Source of the DNA: a virus
Lineage: Duplodnaviria; Caudoviricetes
Virus record (IMG/VR): IMGVR_UViG_3300004369_000019
Span: 1 to 55,604 of that record
Direction: 5' to 3' (one strand)
DNA length: 55,604 nucleotides
A model generated the notes under the pieces. It was not told where the DNA came from. It ran no database searches and saw only the letters and a list, made by a program, of their open reading frames with translations. Position numbers and translations under genes: made by a program. The stretch's first letter is position 1, and each line of letters opens with the position of its first letter. This document shows, in pieces, positions 9,295 through 19,687 of this stretch.

Positions 9295-12200
9295 TTAGTA
9301 TTCCCCACCGTCTATAGTAATATTTACTAAAGTTCTGGTTGAATCTGCACATTCAATAATATCAGAAGTTCCTACGCAATCAGAAATTGTTATTGATTTT
9401 GCAACTAATTTTGCATATTGATTGATAGATAATACTTCAGATGATTCTGAAACATCTGAGGCAATTCCAATAGAACCCAAAGAATCATCCCAGAAAATAG
9501 CAGCTTTCTTTGCGCTAACATCATAATAATTTAAAACTAAACCAACATCTTTATTTTCATCAGAAGTAGGAATAACTAAATCTGTAAAGGGTGATATTGT
9601 ACTTATTCCTAAACCAAGTTCTAATAATCTATCTTTAAATTTAACATTTGCAGAGAGTACGTTAAAATCATCGCCTTTAACAATTAAATTACCATTTACT
9701 GTTAAAGTAGAAACAATTCCAGCATTACCACCAGATTCTAATGTTATAGAAGTAGTTTGATCCGCTGCATTAATGTTATTAGATCCTACTGTTATATCAC
9801 CAGCAACTGTTGTATTTGCAGATCCATCCATCGTAATATTGACGGAATTATCAGACGCTCTGATATTATCGCCATTAACTCTAAGATCTCTTTCAATCTG
9901 AGTATAATTTGTATCAAGCGTAATATTTGTTATACCAGCACCAGACTGAATACTATTTCCCTCAACCTTTAGTGTTCCTGCTATAGAAGTTAGAGAAGGA
10001 GCAAGAGAAATATTTAAACTTCCATTAGATCCTCTAATCTCATCTCCATTAACTTGAATATCTCCAGCAAATATAGTGTTTAGGTTTGTAACCATTGTAA
10101 TATTGGTTACACCACCAGCAACTCTGATATCATTACCATCGACTTGAATATCTCCAGTAAATCTAGTCAAGTCGGCACCGGTCATAATAATATTTTCCTG
10201 ACCATCAGATGCCTGAATAGCGTTACCATCAATTCTAATGTCGCCCGCAAATCTTACAATTGGATTTCTGAAAGAAGTAAAACCTACAGGAGATCCTATT
10301 GTAATTTGATCTCCTAGTGCAAAAGCATTAATTGTTGTAGAATTTGAATTACATAGATTAAACGTTGCATTTCTAACATCAAAAGTACTACCATTCATTG
10401 CAATATCATTTGCAAATTCTGTTAAGGTATTACCATTGATTGTAATATTTTCAAGTCCATTTACATTTTTAATTGCAGCGGTAGTAATTCCAATCGCTCC
10501 TAATAATATATCTCCTCTTACCGAAGTTAAATAGGTATTAATCGTTGAAACACCAATTGTAGATCCAATGGATAAAGATCTTTGATCATTACTAAACATT
10601 TCAATAGTATTGATTCCATCTTCAAAGAATTTTAAATTCTTACTTGTAAGAGATGATGGATTCATCGATATTACGAGATCTTCAGAACCCGCACCATCTA
10701 CATATAGATTTCCTCCAATCAATAAATTATCTGTGAACGGATTATATCTCAGTCCAAGCTCACCATCACCACCAGCAGATCCATCATCAACAAATACGGA
10801 ACTTTCTATATTTCCACCAGTACTATCAGTAAGCATAACTTGATAGTACTGATCAGTAGTAGCAGTACCAACATCGATTGCTTTTGCCCTCAAAGACGTT
10901 GTTGCTGTTCCTAAAATATCTTCAATAGCAGTTAACTGCCTTATAGTTACTGTGTCTATTGTAGATTCATTTTGAAGATCTACTCCATTATAAAATATTG
11001 CACTTCCAGGTGTTCCGCTATGATATAATGCACCAGTAAAAGTTGCAATACCAGAAACAGATAAATTGTTTATTACTGCCTCAGTATTAATAGCAACTGT
11101 ATTAGCAGAAATTTCATTTGTATATACACTAAACCATTTATATGAGGGATCTCCCAGATTATATCCTGAATCTGTTGTAGGAACAATAGCACTATCTACT
11201 TGAGTATTAAATCTAATAATGTGTGTAGAAACACCGATTACTTCACCTGGATTACCAAGGTCAATAGAAGATGATCTTATTAATGTTGTTCCACCATCGA
11301 ACGAGGTAGGAGCCACTTGAAAATCTCTACAAGATACCAAACCAGTGGTCATCAATTCATTTACTACATGAAGATTATCTCCAAATATTCCTCCCCCAGA
11401 AACTTGCAATGCGGGAGCATTAGTTCCAGTAACTCCGATGCTAGTAAAATCAAATGCTTTTTGAGCATTATCAATAAAAAATAAATTTTGAAAAGTTGAG
11501 AGACCAACTGGTCCTCCAGAAACGTATATGTCTCCAATTTCACATGGTCCTTCATTAAATCTCACTCCAGACTGAACTATTAATCCAGGTCCAGCTGCAG
11601 CAGATGGTACAAAAATTTCACCATCATCATTAATAATAATTCCATTGGTTCTAATATTTCCATCTGCTTGATAAACTGATCCAGCAATACCAATTCCGCC
11701 TGCAACAGTAACAAGTCCAGAATCTATCGAAGAAGATACTCTATCTGCTTCTGGAAGACCACCATCAGTTATTCTGACTGGTCCTTGTAATTTAATTTGA
11801 CCTCCACCAACATTTAAAGCATCCCGAGCATTTAATCCTGCTATCGATAAATCTCCTCCACCATTAATAGAAAGTGGAATAGTCGATTGTACAATTCCCC
11901 CACTAGAATTTCCAATACTTATTGATGCGTTATTGATAGCAAGAGATATGTGTGTTGTACCTATACCAACTCCAGACTGAACATCAGTATCAATTACTAT
12001 ATTACCACCTATATTTGTTATACCAAGAGGAATGATTAATGCATCTGTATCTTGTGGTGCTGAATCATACTCACCAGCCGTTATAGTAATTGTTGATCCA
12101 AAACTACCTATTCCTTCTACTCTTATTTCCCCTTCTATTTCAACTCCACCACCAAGATTTTCAGAATTTTTTGAAAATAAAGATCCATTTGAAGAAACCA

Positions 12201-12393
12201 CCTGAAAAAATCTCGTTATATCAGTGGTTCCTATTCCAACTGCTGGGTTTAGTTCTAATCCAGTGTAAGCAGATGCTCCAATAGCAAGAACTTGGTTAAA
12301 CTGATAAGAAGCGCCCAGATTTATTTCCTGAGTATGATCTTCAATGCCAATATAAGCGGCTAATTGAGATAGTTCTCTATTGTTCCTTGCCAT
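9295..12393 (-). CDS. Tail fibre-like structural protein with ~30-aa beta repeats
   Basis: 1032 aa, I/G/S/T-rich. Repeats FAGDIRIDGNAIQASDGQENIIM / FTGDIQVDGNDIRVAGGVTNITM / FAGDIQVNGDEIRGSNGSLNISL and others; ends IDGGEY. Confidence 0.75.
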   Translation of the reverse strand: MARNNRELSQLAAYIGIEDHTQEINLGASYQFNQVLAIGASAYTGLELNPAVGIGTTDITRFFQVVSSNGSLFSKNSENLGGGVEIEGEIRVEGIGSFGSTITITAGEYDSAPQDTDALIIPLGITNIGGNIVIDTDVQSGVGIGTTHISLAINNASISIGNSSGGIVQSTIPLSINGGGDLSIAGLNARDALNVGGGQIKLQGPVRITDGGLPEADRVSSSIDSGLVTVAGGIGIAGSVYQADGNIRTNGIIINDDGEIFVPSAAAGPGLIVQSGVRFNEGPCEIGDIYVSGGPVGLSTFQNLFFIDNAQKAFDFTSIGVTGTNAPALQVSGGGIFGDNLHVVNELMTTGLVSCRDFQVAPTSFDGGTTLIRSSSIDLGNPGEVIGVSTHIIRFNTQVDSAIVPTTDSGYNLGDPSYKWFSVYTNEISANTVAINTEAVINNLSVSGIATFTGALYHSGTPGSAIFYNGVDLQNESTIDTVTIRQLTAIEDILGTATTSLRAKAIDVGTATTDQYYQVMLTDSTGGNIESSVFVDDGSAGGDGELGLRYNPFTDNLLIGGNLYVDGAGSEDLVISMNPSSLTSKNLKFFEDGINTIEMFSNDQRSLSIGSTIGVSTINTYLTSVRGDILLGAIGITTAAIKNVNGLENITINGNTLTEFANDIAMNGSTFDVRNATFNLCNSNSTTINAFALGDQITIGSPVGFTSFRNPIVRFAGDIRIDGNAIQASDGQENIIMTGADLTRFTGDIQVDGNDIRVAGGVTNITMVTNLNTIFAGDIQVNGDEIRGSNGSLNISLAPSLTSIAGTLKVEGNSIQSGAGITNITLDTNYTQIERDLRVNGDNIRASDNSVNITMDGSANTTVAGDITVGSNNINAADQTTSITLESGGNAGIVSTLTVNGNLIVKGDDFNVLSANVKFKDRLLELGLGISTISPFTDLVIPTSDENKDVGLVLNYYDVSAKKAAIFWDDSLGSIGIASDVSESSEVLSINQYAKLVAKSITISDCVGTSDIIECADSTRTLVNITIDGGEY
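9735..10430 (-). repeat. About 7 degenerate 30-31 aa fibre-shaft repeats
   Basis: Consensus F/IAGDIxVxGNxIxxxxGxxNITM visible in the translation; boundaries approximate. Confidence 0.7.
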
Positions 12394-12417
12394 GTTGGTA
12401 GATCTTTCCTATGTTTG

Positions 12418-12424
12418 TATTTAT
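12418..12424 (-). promoter_or_regulatory. Late promoter ATAAATA
   Basis: TATTTAT on + strand, 25 nt upstream of the 12393 start. Confidence 0.6.
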
Positions 12425-12759
12425 CAGATAGATACTGTAAATAGAGTTCCATCAGTGTGTACACCAACTCTATATTGAGTTCCCGTAGAATCAGTCAAAA
12501 TCAATCCTTTAGAGGTATCTACGCCAACTCTTGCATCACCATTGATGTCCAAATTTGCTGTAGGTTGAGTGCTACCAATACCTACAGAATATCCAGTTCC
12601 AACAATAACATCTGATTGAACTTTACCTCCAATCGTGACATCCGTACTAATCGCAACAGTATTTGCGTTTAGATTAAGATTAGTTGGACTTGTTAAATTG
12701 GGGGTGCCAGATGAACCAATCAGTTTTATCTTCTTTACACCAAAATCCTTATTAGCCAT
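12424..12759 (-). CDS. Small fibre-associated structural protein
   Basis: 111 aa; VGIGSTQPTANLDING and GLILTDSTGTQYRVGV..DGTL fibre motifs. Confidence 0.6.
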   Translation of the reverse strand: MANKDFGVKKIKLIGSSGTPNLTSPTNLNLNANTVAISTDVTIGGKVQSDVIVGTGYSVGIGSTQPTANLDINGDARVGVDTSKGLILTDSTGTQYRVGVHTDGTLFTVSI

Positions 12760-12773
12760 AAGTCTTTTCTAGT

Positions 12774-12780
12774 TATTTAT
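12774..12780 (-). promoter_or_regulatory. Late promoter ATAAATA
   Basis: Overlaps the stop of the S8 gene, 15 nt upstream of the 12759 start. Confidence 0.55.
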
Positions 12781-14708
12781 TCGTATGATAAATTGATTCC
12801 CTCAAGAGTTATATTTTCCATAGAAACTTTATCATCATTAGCATATGGGTTATAAGTAACTCTTGGATCTGCACCTCTTAAATTATAACTTCCAGTCCAA
12901 TAATTTGTTTGAGTGTCGTCATTAATTGCAGAATAAAAACCATCACCAGAACTAGAAGATGTAGTTACTGGTAAAATAGTAGTGCCATGATCTTTTAACC
13001 AATTCTTCACATCTCTTGATGTTGCCTTTGGATTTGCCTCTAGAAATAGTGCAATTAAACCACATGCAACGGGAGATGCAGCAGAAGTTCCACTAAAAGA
13101 TGCGTCATAAAATCTAGTGTCATCATATCTTTCATAGTCAACATAACTAGCAACACCATTAGTTCCAGCAGCTAAAGTTTCATTTGCTGGAGCCCAAACA
13201 TCAATACCAGGACCATTATTTGAATATGATGCTTGATATTCTGCACCAGCAATAGTTAAAGTATCTTCTAATGCACCGACACATACAACGGGATGAAAAT
13301 CTTTTGTTTCATCAAATCCAATTCCTTGAGGGTTCATCCAATCTCTATGATTGCAAGGAACTGTTGTTGATGGAAATTCATCTCTAGGGTCTGTTGTACT
13401 AAAGTAATCATCTTCAAGATAATTCAAACGATCTGGATCATCTGCACCAATACCAAGTCTTTGATTATTATTACCTGCTGCAGCAACATAAATGACACCT
13501 TCTAACATCATTTCATTAGCAGCAGCATCAGTTGAATTGGAACGTGAAGAAGTTGACCAAGACCTATATGCACCAGGGATTTGATTTATCAATCCACTTT
13601 TCATTGCAGTAACTTGATCTGTTACTGCTGCATTTCCAATAAATGAACCTGTTGAACCTCTGAATTTATAGATTACAGTATCACTAGATGAAAATGCTGC
13701 TTGATAACCCCAACTACCATTAATAATTGTTGGATTTTTTCTACCAGTTGATGAATTGACTGGTTTTAGACGTTGCCAAAGTTTCATCGCATCATAATTA
13801 GTTTCAGCACCCATTGAAACATTATCATCACCAATACCAGGCATATTCCAAATATTTGCTTCAAAAGCATTACCAAAGTTTTTACCTGCAACTAAAGAAG
13901 CACAAGCAGTTCCATGTCCACTTGTTAAACTATTAGTTCCATCTAAAGATGAACCCATAGATCTTGCTTCAGTATAGTTTGATGATACGAAAATAGTTCC
14001 TTCTGATTGAAACTGTGCAGATCTATTAGAACTATTTGTCCACCAATCTCTAGATGCTGATTCTTGTCCTGTTACTCTACCATCTGCTCTTGTAGTTGTA
14101 TATCCATTAGAGATAAAGTAATCTGGATCAATATAATATGGTCCATCAAGAATAATGTCTCTGACTCTTGATTGACCATTTGCATCCATAAACTCTGGAT
14201 GATATTGCAAAACTCCAGAGTCATGAATAATTACATCTACATTTCTTCCAGTAAGAGAATATGAAACATCACCTTCTTGAACTGCAACAGTACTACTATT
14301 ATCTGAGAAAAATTCTCCACTTTTTCTAACCGTTGGTCTTGCTACACCCCAATTAGATCTATTTTCTTCTGCAGAAGTTGGACCTGTAACTGGTATAGAT
14401 TGAGAAACTAAATCCCGATAAAACTTTACATTCTTCTTAAATCTTTTTGTAGCAAAATCTGGTTTTGGATATGCATCTGGATTGTGTGTTGGAGATAATT
14501 CAATCCATTTAACATGTGGATGGTTAGCAATTTCTGCTGCTTCTTCTTCAGTTAGTTCATAAGTTCCTCTGGTAGGACTATGATTTTTAGAATCAGCACA
14601 TGTAACTTGTCTGTCTGGAATATTATCTTGATTAGAATCTACAATTAAAGCATCATGAATCTCAGACCAATATTCCGGACTCGTAACAGCTAATGTGTAT
14701 TTTTTCAT
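12777..14708 (-). CDS. Subtilisin-family (S8) serine protease
   Basis: Catalytic Asp (VDVIIHDSGV), His (GHGTACASLVAG), oxyanion Asn (VAAAGNN) and Ser (FSGTSAASP) all present; propeptide-like N-terminus. Confidence 0.9.
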   Translation of the reverse strand: MKKYTLAVTSPEYWSEIHDALIVDSNQDNIPDRQVTCADSKNHSPTRGTYELTEEEAAEIANHPHVKWIELSPTHNPDAYPKPDFATKRFKKNVKFYRDLVSQSIPVTGPTSAEENRSNWGVARPTVRKSGEFFSDNSSTVAVQEGDVSYSLTGRNVDVIIHDSGVLQYHPEFMDANGQSRVRDIILDGPYYIDPDYFISNGYTTTRADGRVTGQESASRDWWTNSSNRSAQFQSEGTIFVSSNYTEARSMGSSLDGTNSLTSGHGTACASLVAGKNFGNAFEANIWNMPGIGDDNVSMGAETNYDAMKLWQRLKPVNSSTGRKNPTIINGSWGYQAAFSSSDTVIYKFRGSTGSFIGNAAVTDQVTAMKSGLINQIPGAYRSWSTSSRSNSTDAAANEMMLEGVIYVAAAGNNNQRLGIGADDPDRLNYLEDDYFSTTDPRDEFPSTTVPCNHRDWMNPQGIGFDETKDFHPVVCVGALEDTLTIAGAEYQASYSNNGPGIDVWAPANETLAAGTNGVASYVDYERYDDTRFYDASFSGTSAASPVACGLIALFLEANPKATSRDVKNWLKDHGTTILPVTTSSSSGDGFYSAINDDTQTNYWTGSYNLRGADPRVTYNPYANDDKVSMENITLEGINLSYE

Positions 14709-16423
14709 CAGATCATCGTCTCCCTAGTAAATCTATAAGTAACAATTCCACTAACTCCAGTTTCAGGTGTCCACCAAAGTTCTACATTACCAGACTTGAC
14801 GGTTGCACCAACAGAAACCAGAAGAGAATCACTATACATAATTGCATATTCCTGTGAATATGCAGTGGAATCATCATCCATAACAAGAATCTTTTGAGAT
14901 TGAATTCCTGATGAGTGTTGGAAGAATAATGTATATTCTGAAGTTACAAAGTCTGAAGATGTATATGAATTTGCAGTATATGCAACACCAGAAGAAGCTG
15001 AGAATGTTCCCACTCCAGTTTCAATACCATAAACATTATTAACTTGAATAGAAGTTAATGGATTGGTTGTACCGAGACCAACATGACTTGCTGTAGTATG
15101 AATACCTGGATTTGTTTGATCATCGCTAAATTTACCACCAACAGGAATACTAATTCCTGTTAGTGCTGATCCATCAATAGCAGGAAGTGCTCCTGTAAGT
15201 TGCCCAGCAGGAATACTTGTAAGACCAGCACCAGAACCAGAGTAAGATGTAGCAGTAACTACTCCAGTAAATGACCCTCCACCATCAACTGTTAATTTTG
15301 CTGTTGGATTTGTGGTTCCAATACCAACACTAGAAAGTGTGTGAATACCAACATCAGTTGAATCCCAATATGTTTGAGTATTTACTCTTACAGTTACAAC
15401 TCCTGCTTGAATTGGATCAACACTAAATCCATCTGCAAAACTAATTGTTGCTGCAGTTCCAACAATTGAACCGTCTTCCTGAACTTCTACACCAGTTCCA
15501 ATAGAAACAATATTGGTAAGTCCAGATCCATCACCATATAGTGTTGTAGCTGTTAATGATCCAGAAACATTAACATTATTAAAATCACTTGTTCCTGTGG
15601 TATTAATTCCAGAGTTAATCGTTATCGTAGATCCCGCACCACTTGCCGTTGCTTGTACAGCATTTCCAGTAAAATTAATAGAAGTTACTGAACCTTGAAT
15701 TACATCATCATCTCTAATAATAGTTGATCCACCAGAAGCACCGCTTGCATATACAGTTACTCCAGCTCCACTACCAACAGCAGTAACGGCAACCCCAATA
15801 AAGTTTATTGAATTAACACCATTATCATTACCAACTATGACTCCTTCTTCTAGAACCGTAATTCCAAGGATACCGGTATTTCCAGAACCAACAGCAGCAG
15901 GGTTATACGCAAGTAATTCTACAAAATCACCTACAAAACACTCCTCATTTAAAACAATATTTACGCCATTGTTAGCAATATAATCTGTTGTATCAGTAAC
16001 TCCATCTCCTTTTAACTTAACACCGTTTACATATACATCAACATATCCAATGTTATATGCGTATGTAAAAGTTGTTTGATCATCTATTGCAGTAAATGCT
16101 TGAGAAGATCTAACAGTAGTTGGAAAAGTTGCCCATTCAACACCATCACCAGTTGATCTTAAATACTGTCCAGGTTGACCACTGGTCGAACCAATTGTTA
16201 AAGGATCTCCAGTGAACTGAAGTTGATTAAAGGTTGATATGCCACTAACTCTTAAATTTCTAGTTGCCTCAAAATCAGTACATCCTATTGATCCGATTAC
16301 TCTAAGTTCTACGTCTGGAAAAATTGTACCAACGCCAACCTTATTCTCATCAGAATCAACATAAAAAGTATTTGTATCAACTTCTAGTCCGTTTTTGACT
16401 ACAAAATTCTTCTGAATACCCAA
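14708..16423 (-). CDS. Fibre/baseplate-associated structural protein (TTG start)
   Basis: 571 aa; KNFVVKNGLEV N-terminus, VDVYVNGVKL domain, VGIGTTNPT repeats. Starts at TTG after GGGGATAGTGAACC. Confidence 0.72.
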   Translation of the reverse strand: MGIQKNFVVKNGLEVDTNTFYVDSDENKVGVGTIFPDVELRVIGSIGCTDFEATRNLRVSGISTFNQLQFTGDPLTIGSTSGQPGQYLRSTGDGVEWATFPTTVRSSQAFTAIDDQTTFTYAYNIGYVDVYVNGVKLKGDGVTDTTDYIANNGVNIVLNEECFVGDFVELLAYNPAAVGSGNTGILGITVLEEGVIVGNDNGVNSINFIGVAVTAVGSGAGVTVYASGASGGSTIIRDDDVIQGSVTSINFTGNAVQATASGAGSTITINSGINTTGTSDFNNVNVSGSLTATTLYGDGSGLTNIVSIGTGVEVQEDGSIVGTAATISFADGFSVDPIQAGVVTVRVNTQTYWDSTDVGIHTLSSVGIGTTNPTAKLTVDGGGSFTGVVTATSYSGSGAGLTSIPAGQLTGALPAIDGSALTGISIPVGGKFSDDQTNPGIHTTASHVGLGTTNPLTSIQVNNVYGIETGVGTFSASSGVAYTANSYTSSDFVTSEYTLFFQHSSGIQSQKILVMDDDSTAYSQEYAIMYSDSLLVSVGATVKSGNVELWWTPETGVSGIVTYRFTRETMI

Positions 16424-16458
16424 GGTTCACTATCCCCTTTACTGATTTTAGTTTTAGT

Positions 16459-16466
16459 TATTTATA
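16459..16466 (-). promoter_or_regulatory. Perfect T4 late promoter TATAAATA
   Basis: TATTTATA on + strand, intergenic. Confidence 0.75.
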
Positions 16467-19166
16467 TTAAGTTGGGTCGTGATATGCCTGCCATTCTGCA
16501 AATACGCTGAACTCGCTATTTGTATCATGAACAATCTTGAATTCTACAATATCAAAGTGATTTGCTGCACCTGTTACTGTACCAACTGGTTGAGCACCAT
16601 TTCTCCAGAGAATATTTGTTGGTGTCTGACCATTGACTTTAACAACAACACTTCCTTCATTCCAATCATTAGCACCATCAGTAAATGTAATTAATGTTGC
16701 TCTTGTAGAGTATTGGAAAGATGTTGGGAGATTTGCAAGTTCAATTGTACCAATACCATTATCAGCTTCACCACCAATTACTGAAGGTGCTGTAGCAAAG
16801 TCCCAATAAAGAGTGTCTGTTACTCCACCAGTCCATGCGACACCGGTAATATTATTGAAGTCTCCTCCATTTCTTAAATTAGTATCAGAATCTAGTTCAT
16901 CATAAACAAATCCAGCAAATGTCGTTATACCAGAAATACTTACGTTATCTAAGTTTGTATGACCATCTACATCTAATTCTACAAAATCTCCATCTCCAAC
17001 AAATGTTGTTGCGGTGATTACTCCAGCAACAGAGACATTATCTAAGTTTGTATGACCATCTACATCTAATTCTACAAAATCTCCATCTCCAACAAATGTT
17101 GTTGCTGTTACAACACCAGCAATGCTTACGTTATCGAGATTTGTGTGACCGTCCACATCAATATCACCAGTAAATGTAGAAATACCAGTGATACTTAAAG
17201 TATCCGCAGTAAATGTTCCATATACTGTTGCACCTGATCCGGCAGTTGCAAATTTTTCTACATTATCGTAGTAAAGTCTTACTGGACCATTTGTAACAAA
17301 TCTAGCTTTTGTTTCGGTAACATAATCGGAAGCGTTCGGTCCTGAACCTGATGCATCGGCAATAATAACTTCGTTACTACCAGCAATGTATACATTTCCA
17401 GTACCTCCTCTATCAAAGACATATGAATTAGCTCCATTATGTACAATCCCAAAATCAAGTCCTTCTCCAAAATAAATACCAGCACCATCTTGTTCTGTTA
17501 ATCGGATATCACCTCTAAAAGTAGATACTCCAGAAACATTTAGGTCATGAGTTAAGATACCTGTTTGTAGAACTGTTGTTAGACCAACAGTAGTAACACC
17601 AGAAATGTTTACATTGTCTAGTTCGGTATGCCCATCAACATCCAAATCTGCTTGAGCAGTAATATTTCCAGAAAGTGTAGAAACACCAGATACGTTGATA
17701 GTTGTACCACTAATATTTCCAGTAACATTTAGAGATGCATTATTAAGATCTAAGAGATTAAAATGAGTTGTTACTCCAGCAATACTTACATTATCAAGAT
17801 TGGTATGTCCGTCTACATCTAAGTCAGTCTGAGCAGTGATGTTACCTGATACCGTAAGTCCTGTTAATGTACCAACAGAAGTTATATTGGTTTGCGATGC
17901 TGTATTAACTGTTCCTTCTAAATTACCAGTAAATGTAGTAGCCGTGATAGCACCAGAAACATTTACATTATCAAGATTTGTATGACCATCTACATCAATA
18001 TCACCGGTAAATGTAGAAATACCTGCTCTCAAAGTAGCAGCGTTAATATTTCCGGTAACATCAATAGAGGCATTATTAATATCCAATAGATCTGTAAATG
18101 TTGTTACACCACTAATAGAAACATTTGCTAAAGAAGTTCCTCCAGTTATAGTTGTAAATCCATCAACATTTACATTTGTTAGTTCAGAAGTACCTTGAAC
18201 ATCTAATTGTCCTGTTATATCTACATCAGATAGTGTAACAACACCTGTAAAAGTAGATGCTCCAGATACATTAACTGTCGCGCAATTTATGTTCCCAGAA
18301 ACATCAATAGATGCATCATTGATATCTAAATTAGAAGCAAACGTTGTAACACCAGAAACATTAAGACCAGCAAGAGTACCTACGTTTTCTAATGAAGAAT
18401 TAGTTACACCTGCTCCAAGAGAATCGGAAGATAATACATTTGTTGTATTAATCTTAAAGGTCTTATTAGAAGCAAGATCGATATTTTCGGATGAAGTCCA
18501 AGAATCTGTTGCATCTACCCAATTAAATGTTTTATTTCCTTCTCCAGATTCTAGTGTGATACCACCACCATCAGAGGATGCATCGGTAAGAGATCCACTA
18601 GCAAGAATAATATTTTTATCGTCTACAGTTAAAGTAGTGGAATTTATGGTTGTTGTATCACCCTCTACTTGAAGATCACCCTGAATTACAACTGTTCCTG
18701 TATTTGTCCCAATACCAGCAGGATCAATTGTAAGTGTTGCTGGTCCACTAATTGTATTTGAAGATATTCTAATAGCAGAAGCTTCTGCTCCGGTTGTTAA
18801 TGTAGAAGCGGTTAGGATTCCAGACGCATTTAATGTGTTAATTTCTGCATGACCAAATATATCAATATCAGCATTGAGATCAATATTAGAACCAAATGTA
18901 GCGATTCCGCTTACGTTTAAACTTGTAAAATCATTTGGAGCATTAGCAATAGCAGACTCTATGGTTGCAGTTGTAGTTGTATCTAAACCAGCGATGTTTT
19001 TCAGTTCAAATGCACCACTAATAACTTCTGTAGCTCCAATAGAAACCGCCTCTCCACTAAGAGCTCCAGATGCTGTAATGACTCCAGAGAGGACGATACC
19101 CTTGTCGAAAACTGGGGCACCATTACCATCTCTATTTCTTATAGTATCAACGTATAATGAGGACAT
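16467..19166 (-). CDS. Long tail fibre subunit with DVDGHTNLDNV repeats
   Basis: 899 aa; six DVDGHT(N/E)LDNV repeats; C-terminal ILWRNGAQP...DIVEF adaptor-like domain. Confidence 0.8.
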   Translation of the reverse strand: MSSLYVDTIRNRDGNGAPVFDKGIVLSGVITASGALSGEAVSIGATEVISGAFELKNIAGLDTTTTATIESAIANAPNDFTSLNVSGIATFGSNIDLNADIDIFGHAEINTLNASGILTASTLTTGAEASAIRISSNTISGPATLTIDPAGIGTNTGTVVIQGDLQVEGDTTTINSTTLTVDDKNIILASGSLTDASSDGGGITLESGEGNKTFNWVDATDSWTSSENIDLASNKTFKINTTNVLSSDSLGAGVTNSSLENVGTLAGLNVSGVTTFASNLDINDASIDVSGNINCATVNVSGASTFTGVVTLSDVDITGQLDVQGTSELTNVNVDGFTTITGGTSLANVSISGVTTFTDLLDINNASIDVTGNINAATLRAGISTFTGDIDVDGHTNLDNVNVSGAITATTFTGNLEGTVNTASQTNITSVGTLTGLTVSGNITAQTDLDVDGHTNLDNVSIAGVTTHFNLLDLNNASLNVTGNISGTTINVSGVSTLSGNITAQADLDVDGHTELDNVNISGVTTVGLTTVLQTGILTHDLNVSGVSTFRGDIRLTEQDGAGIYFGEGLDFGIVHNGANSYVFDRGGTGNVYIAGSNEVIIADASGSGPNASDYVTETKARFVTNGPVRLYYDNVEKFATAGSGATVYGTFTADTLSITGISTFTGDIDVDGHTNLDNVSIAGVVTATTFVGDGDFVELDVDGHTNLDNVSVAGVITATTFVGDGDFVELDVDGHTNLDNVSISGITTFAGFVYDELDSDTNLRNGGDFNNITGVAWTGGVTDTLYWDFATAPSVIGGEADNGIGTIELANLPTSFQYSTRATLITFTDGANDWNEGSVVVKVNGQTPTNILWRNGAQPVGTVTGAANHFDIVEFKIVHDTNSEFSVFAEWQAYHDPT
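16945..17105. repeat. Recent in-frame tandem duplication (93-bp period, 68 bp identical)
   Basis: 16945-17012 and 17038-17105 are identical (TTATCTAAGTTTGTATGACC...AATGTTGTTGC). Confidence 0.9.
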
Positions 19167-19189
19167 TCTCGTCTTTTTTTAGTATGTTT

Positions 19190-19675
19190 TTATTTAGTAA
19201 GGGTAGGCTCGGATGGCCATTTAATATTCCAAGGAAATCCTGGTTGATCACTTATTCTTCTTAATTGTTCTCTATATTCTATCCAAGCACTAATAAAATC
19301 ACCTGAATAGTCACTATTTTCTATAACATCATATAACATAATCCAATCACTTGATCTTAATTTTCCAGTTCTTATAGATCTAACTTCATTTTTTTTCTCT
19401 TCTAAGCAAGATTCTATTTCTTGAGAAGACATTGCTACAGTCTTCCACGTCTGAATATATATTCCTCTCTCATCTTTTCTTGGAATATCTTCAACGCATT
19501 TCATATATCTTAAAGGTTCTGGAGATTTAGTATATTCAAAAATTCCAAAACCAAAAGATTCAACAGATTCTGGCGTTAAAATCTTTGGAAAAGATGTGGT
19601 TTTGAATAGCGATCTGAAATTTTTTTCATCAACAGGATTTCCAACAGGAACTCCATTTTCTAATTTTATTAACAT
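19190..19675 (-). CDS. Phage tail fibre assembly chaperone
   Basis: C-terminal VRSIRTGKLRSSDW...AWIEYREQLRRISDQPGFPWNIKWPSEP signature. Confidence 0.85.
   Translation of the reverse strand: MLIKLENGVPVGNPVDEKNFRSLFKTTSFPKILTPESVESFGFGIFEYTKSPEPLRYMKCVEDIPRKDERGIYIQTWKTVAMSSQEIESCLEEKKNEVRSIRTGKLRSSDWIMLYDVIENSDYSGDFISAWIEYREQLRRISDQPGFPWNIKWPSEPTLTK
19191..19197 (-). promoter_or_regulatory. Late promoter CTAAATA
   Basis: Overlaps the upstream stop, 25 nt before the 19166 start. Confidence 0.55.
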
Positions 19676-19687
19676 TTAAAATCTCTA

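Noticed and set aside
16945-17105. Diversity-generating retroelement repeat pair or CRISPR array
   Set aside because: In-frame coding tandem repeat with no adenine-specific differences, no reverse transcriptase or cas genes, and no spacers.
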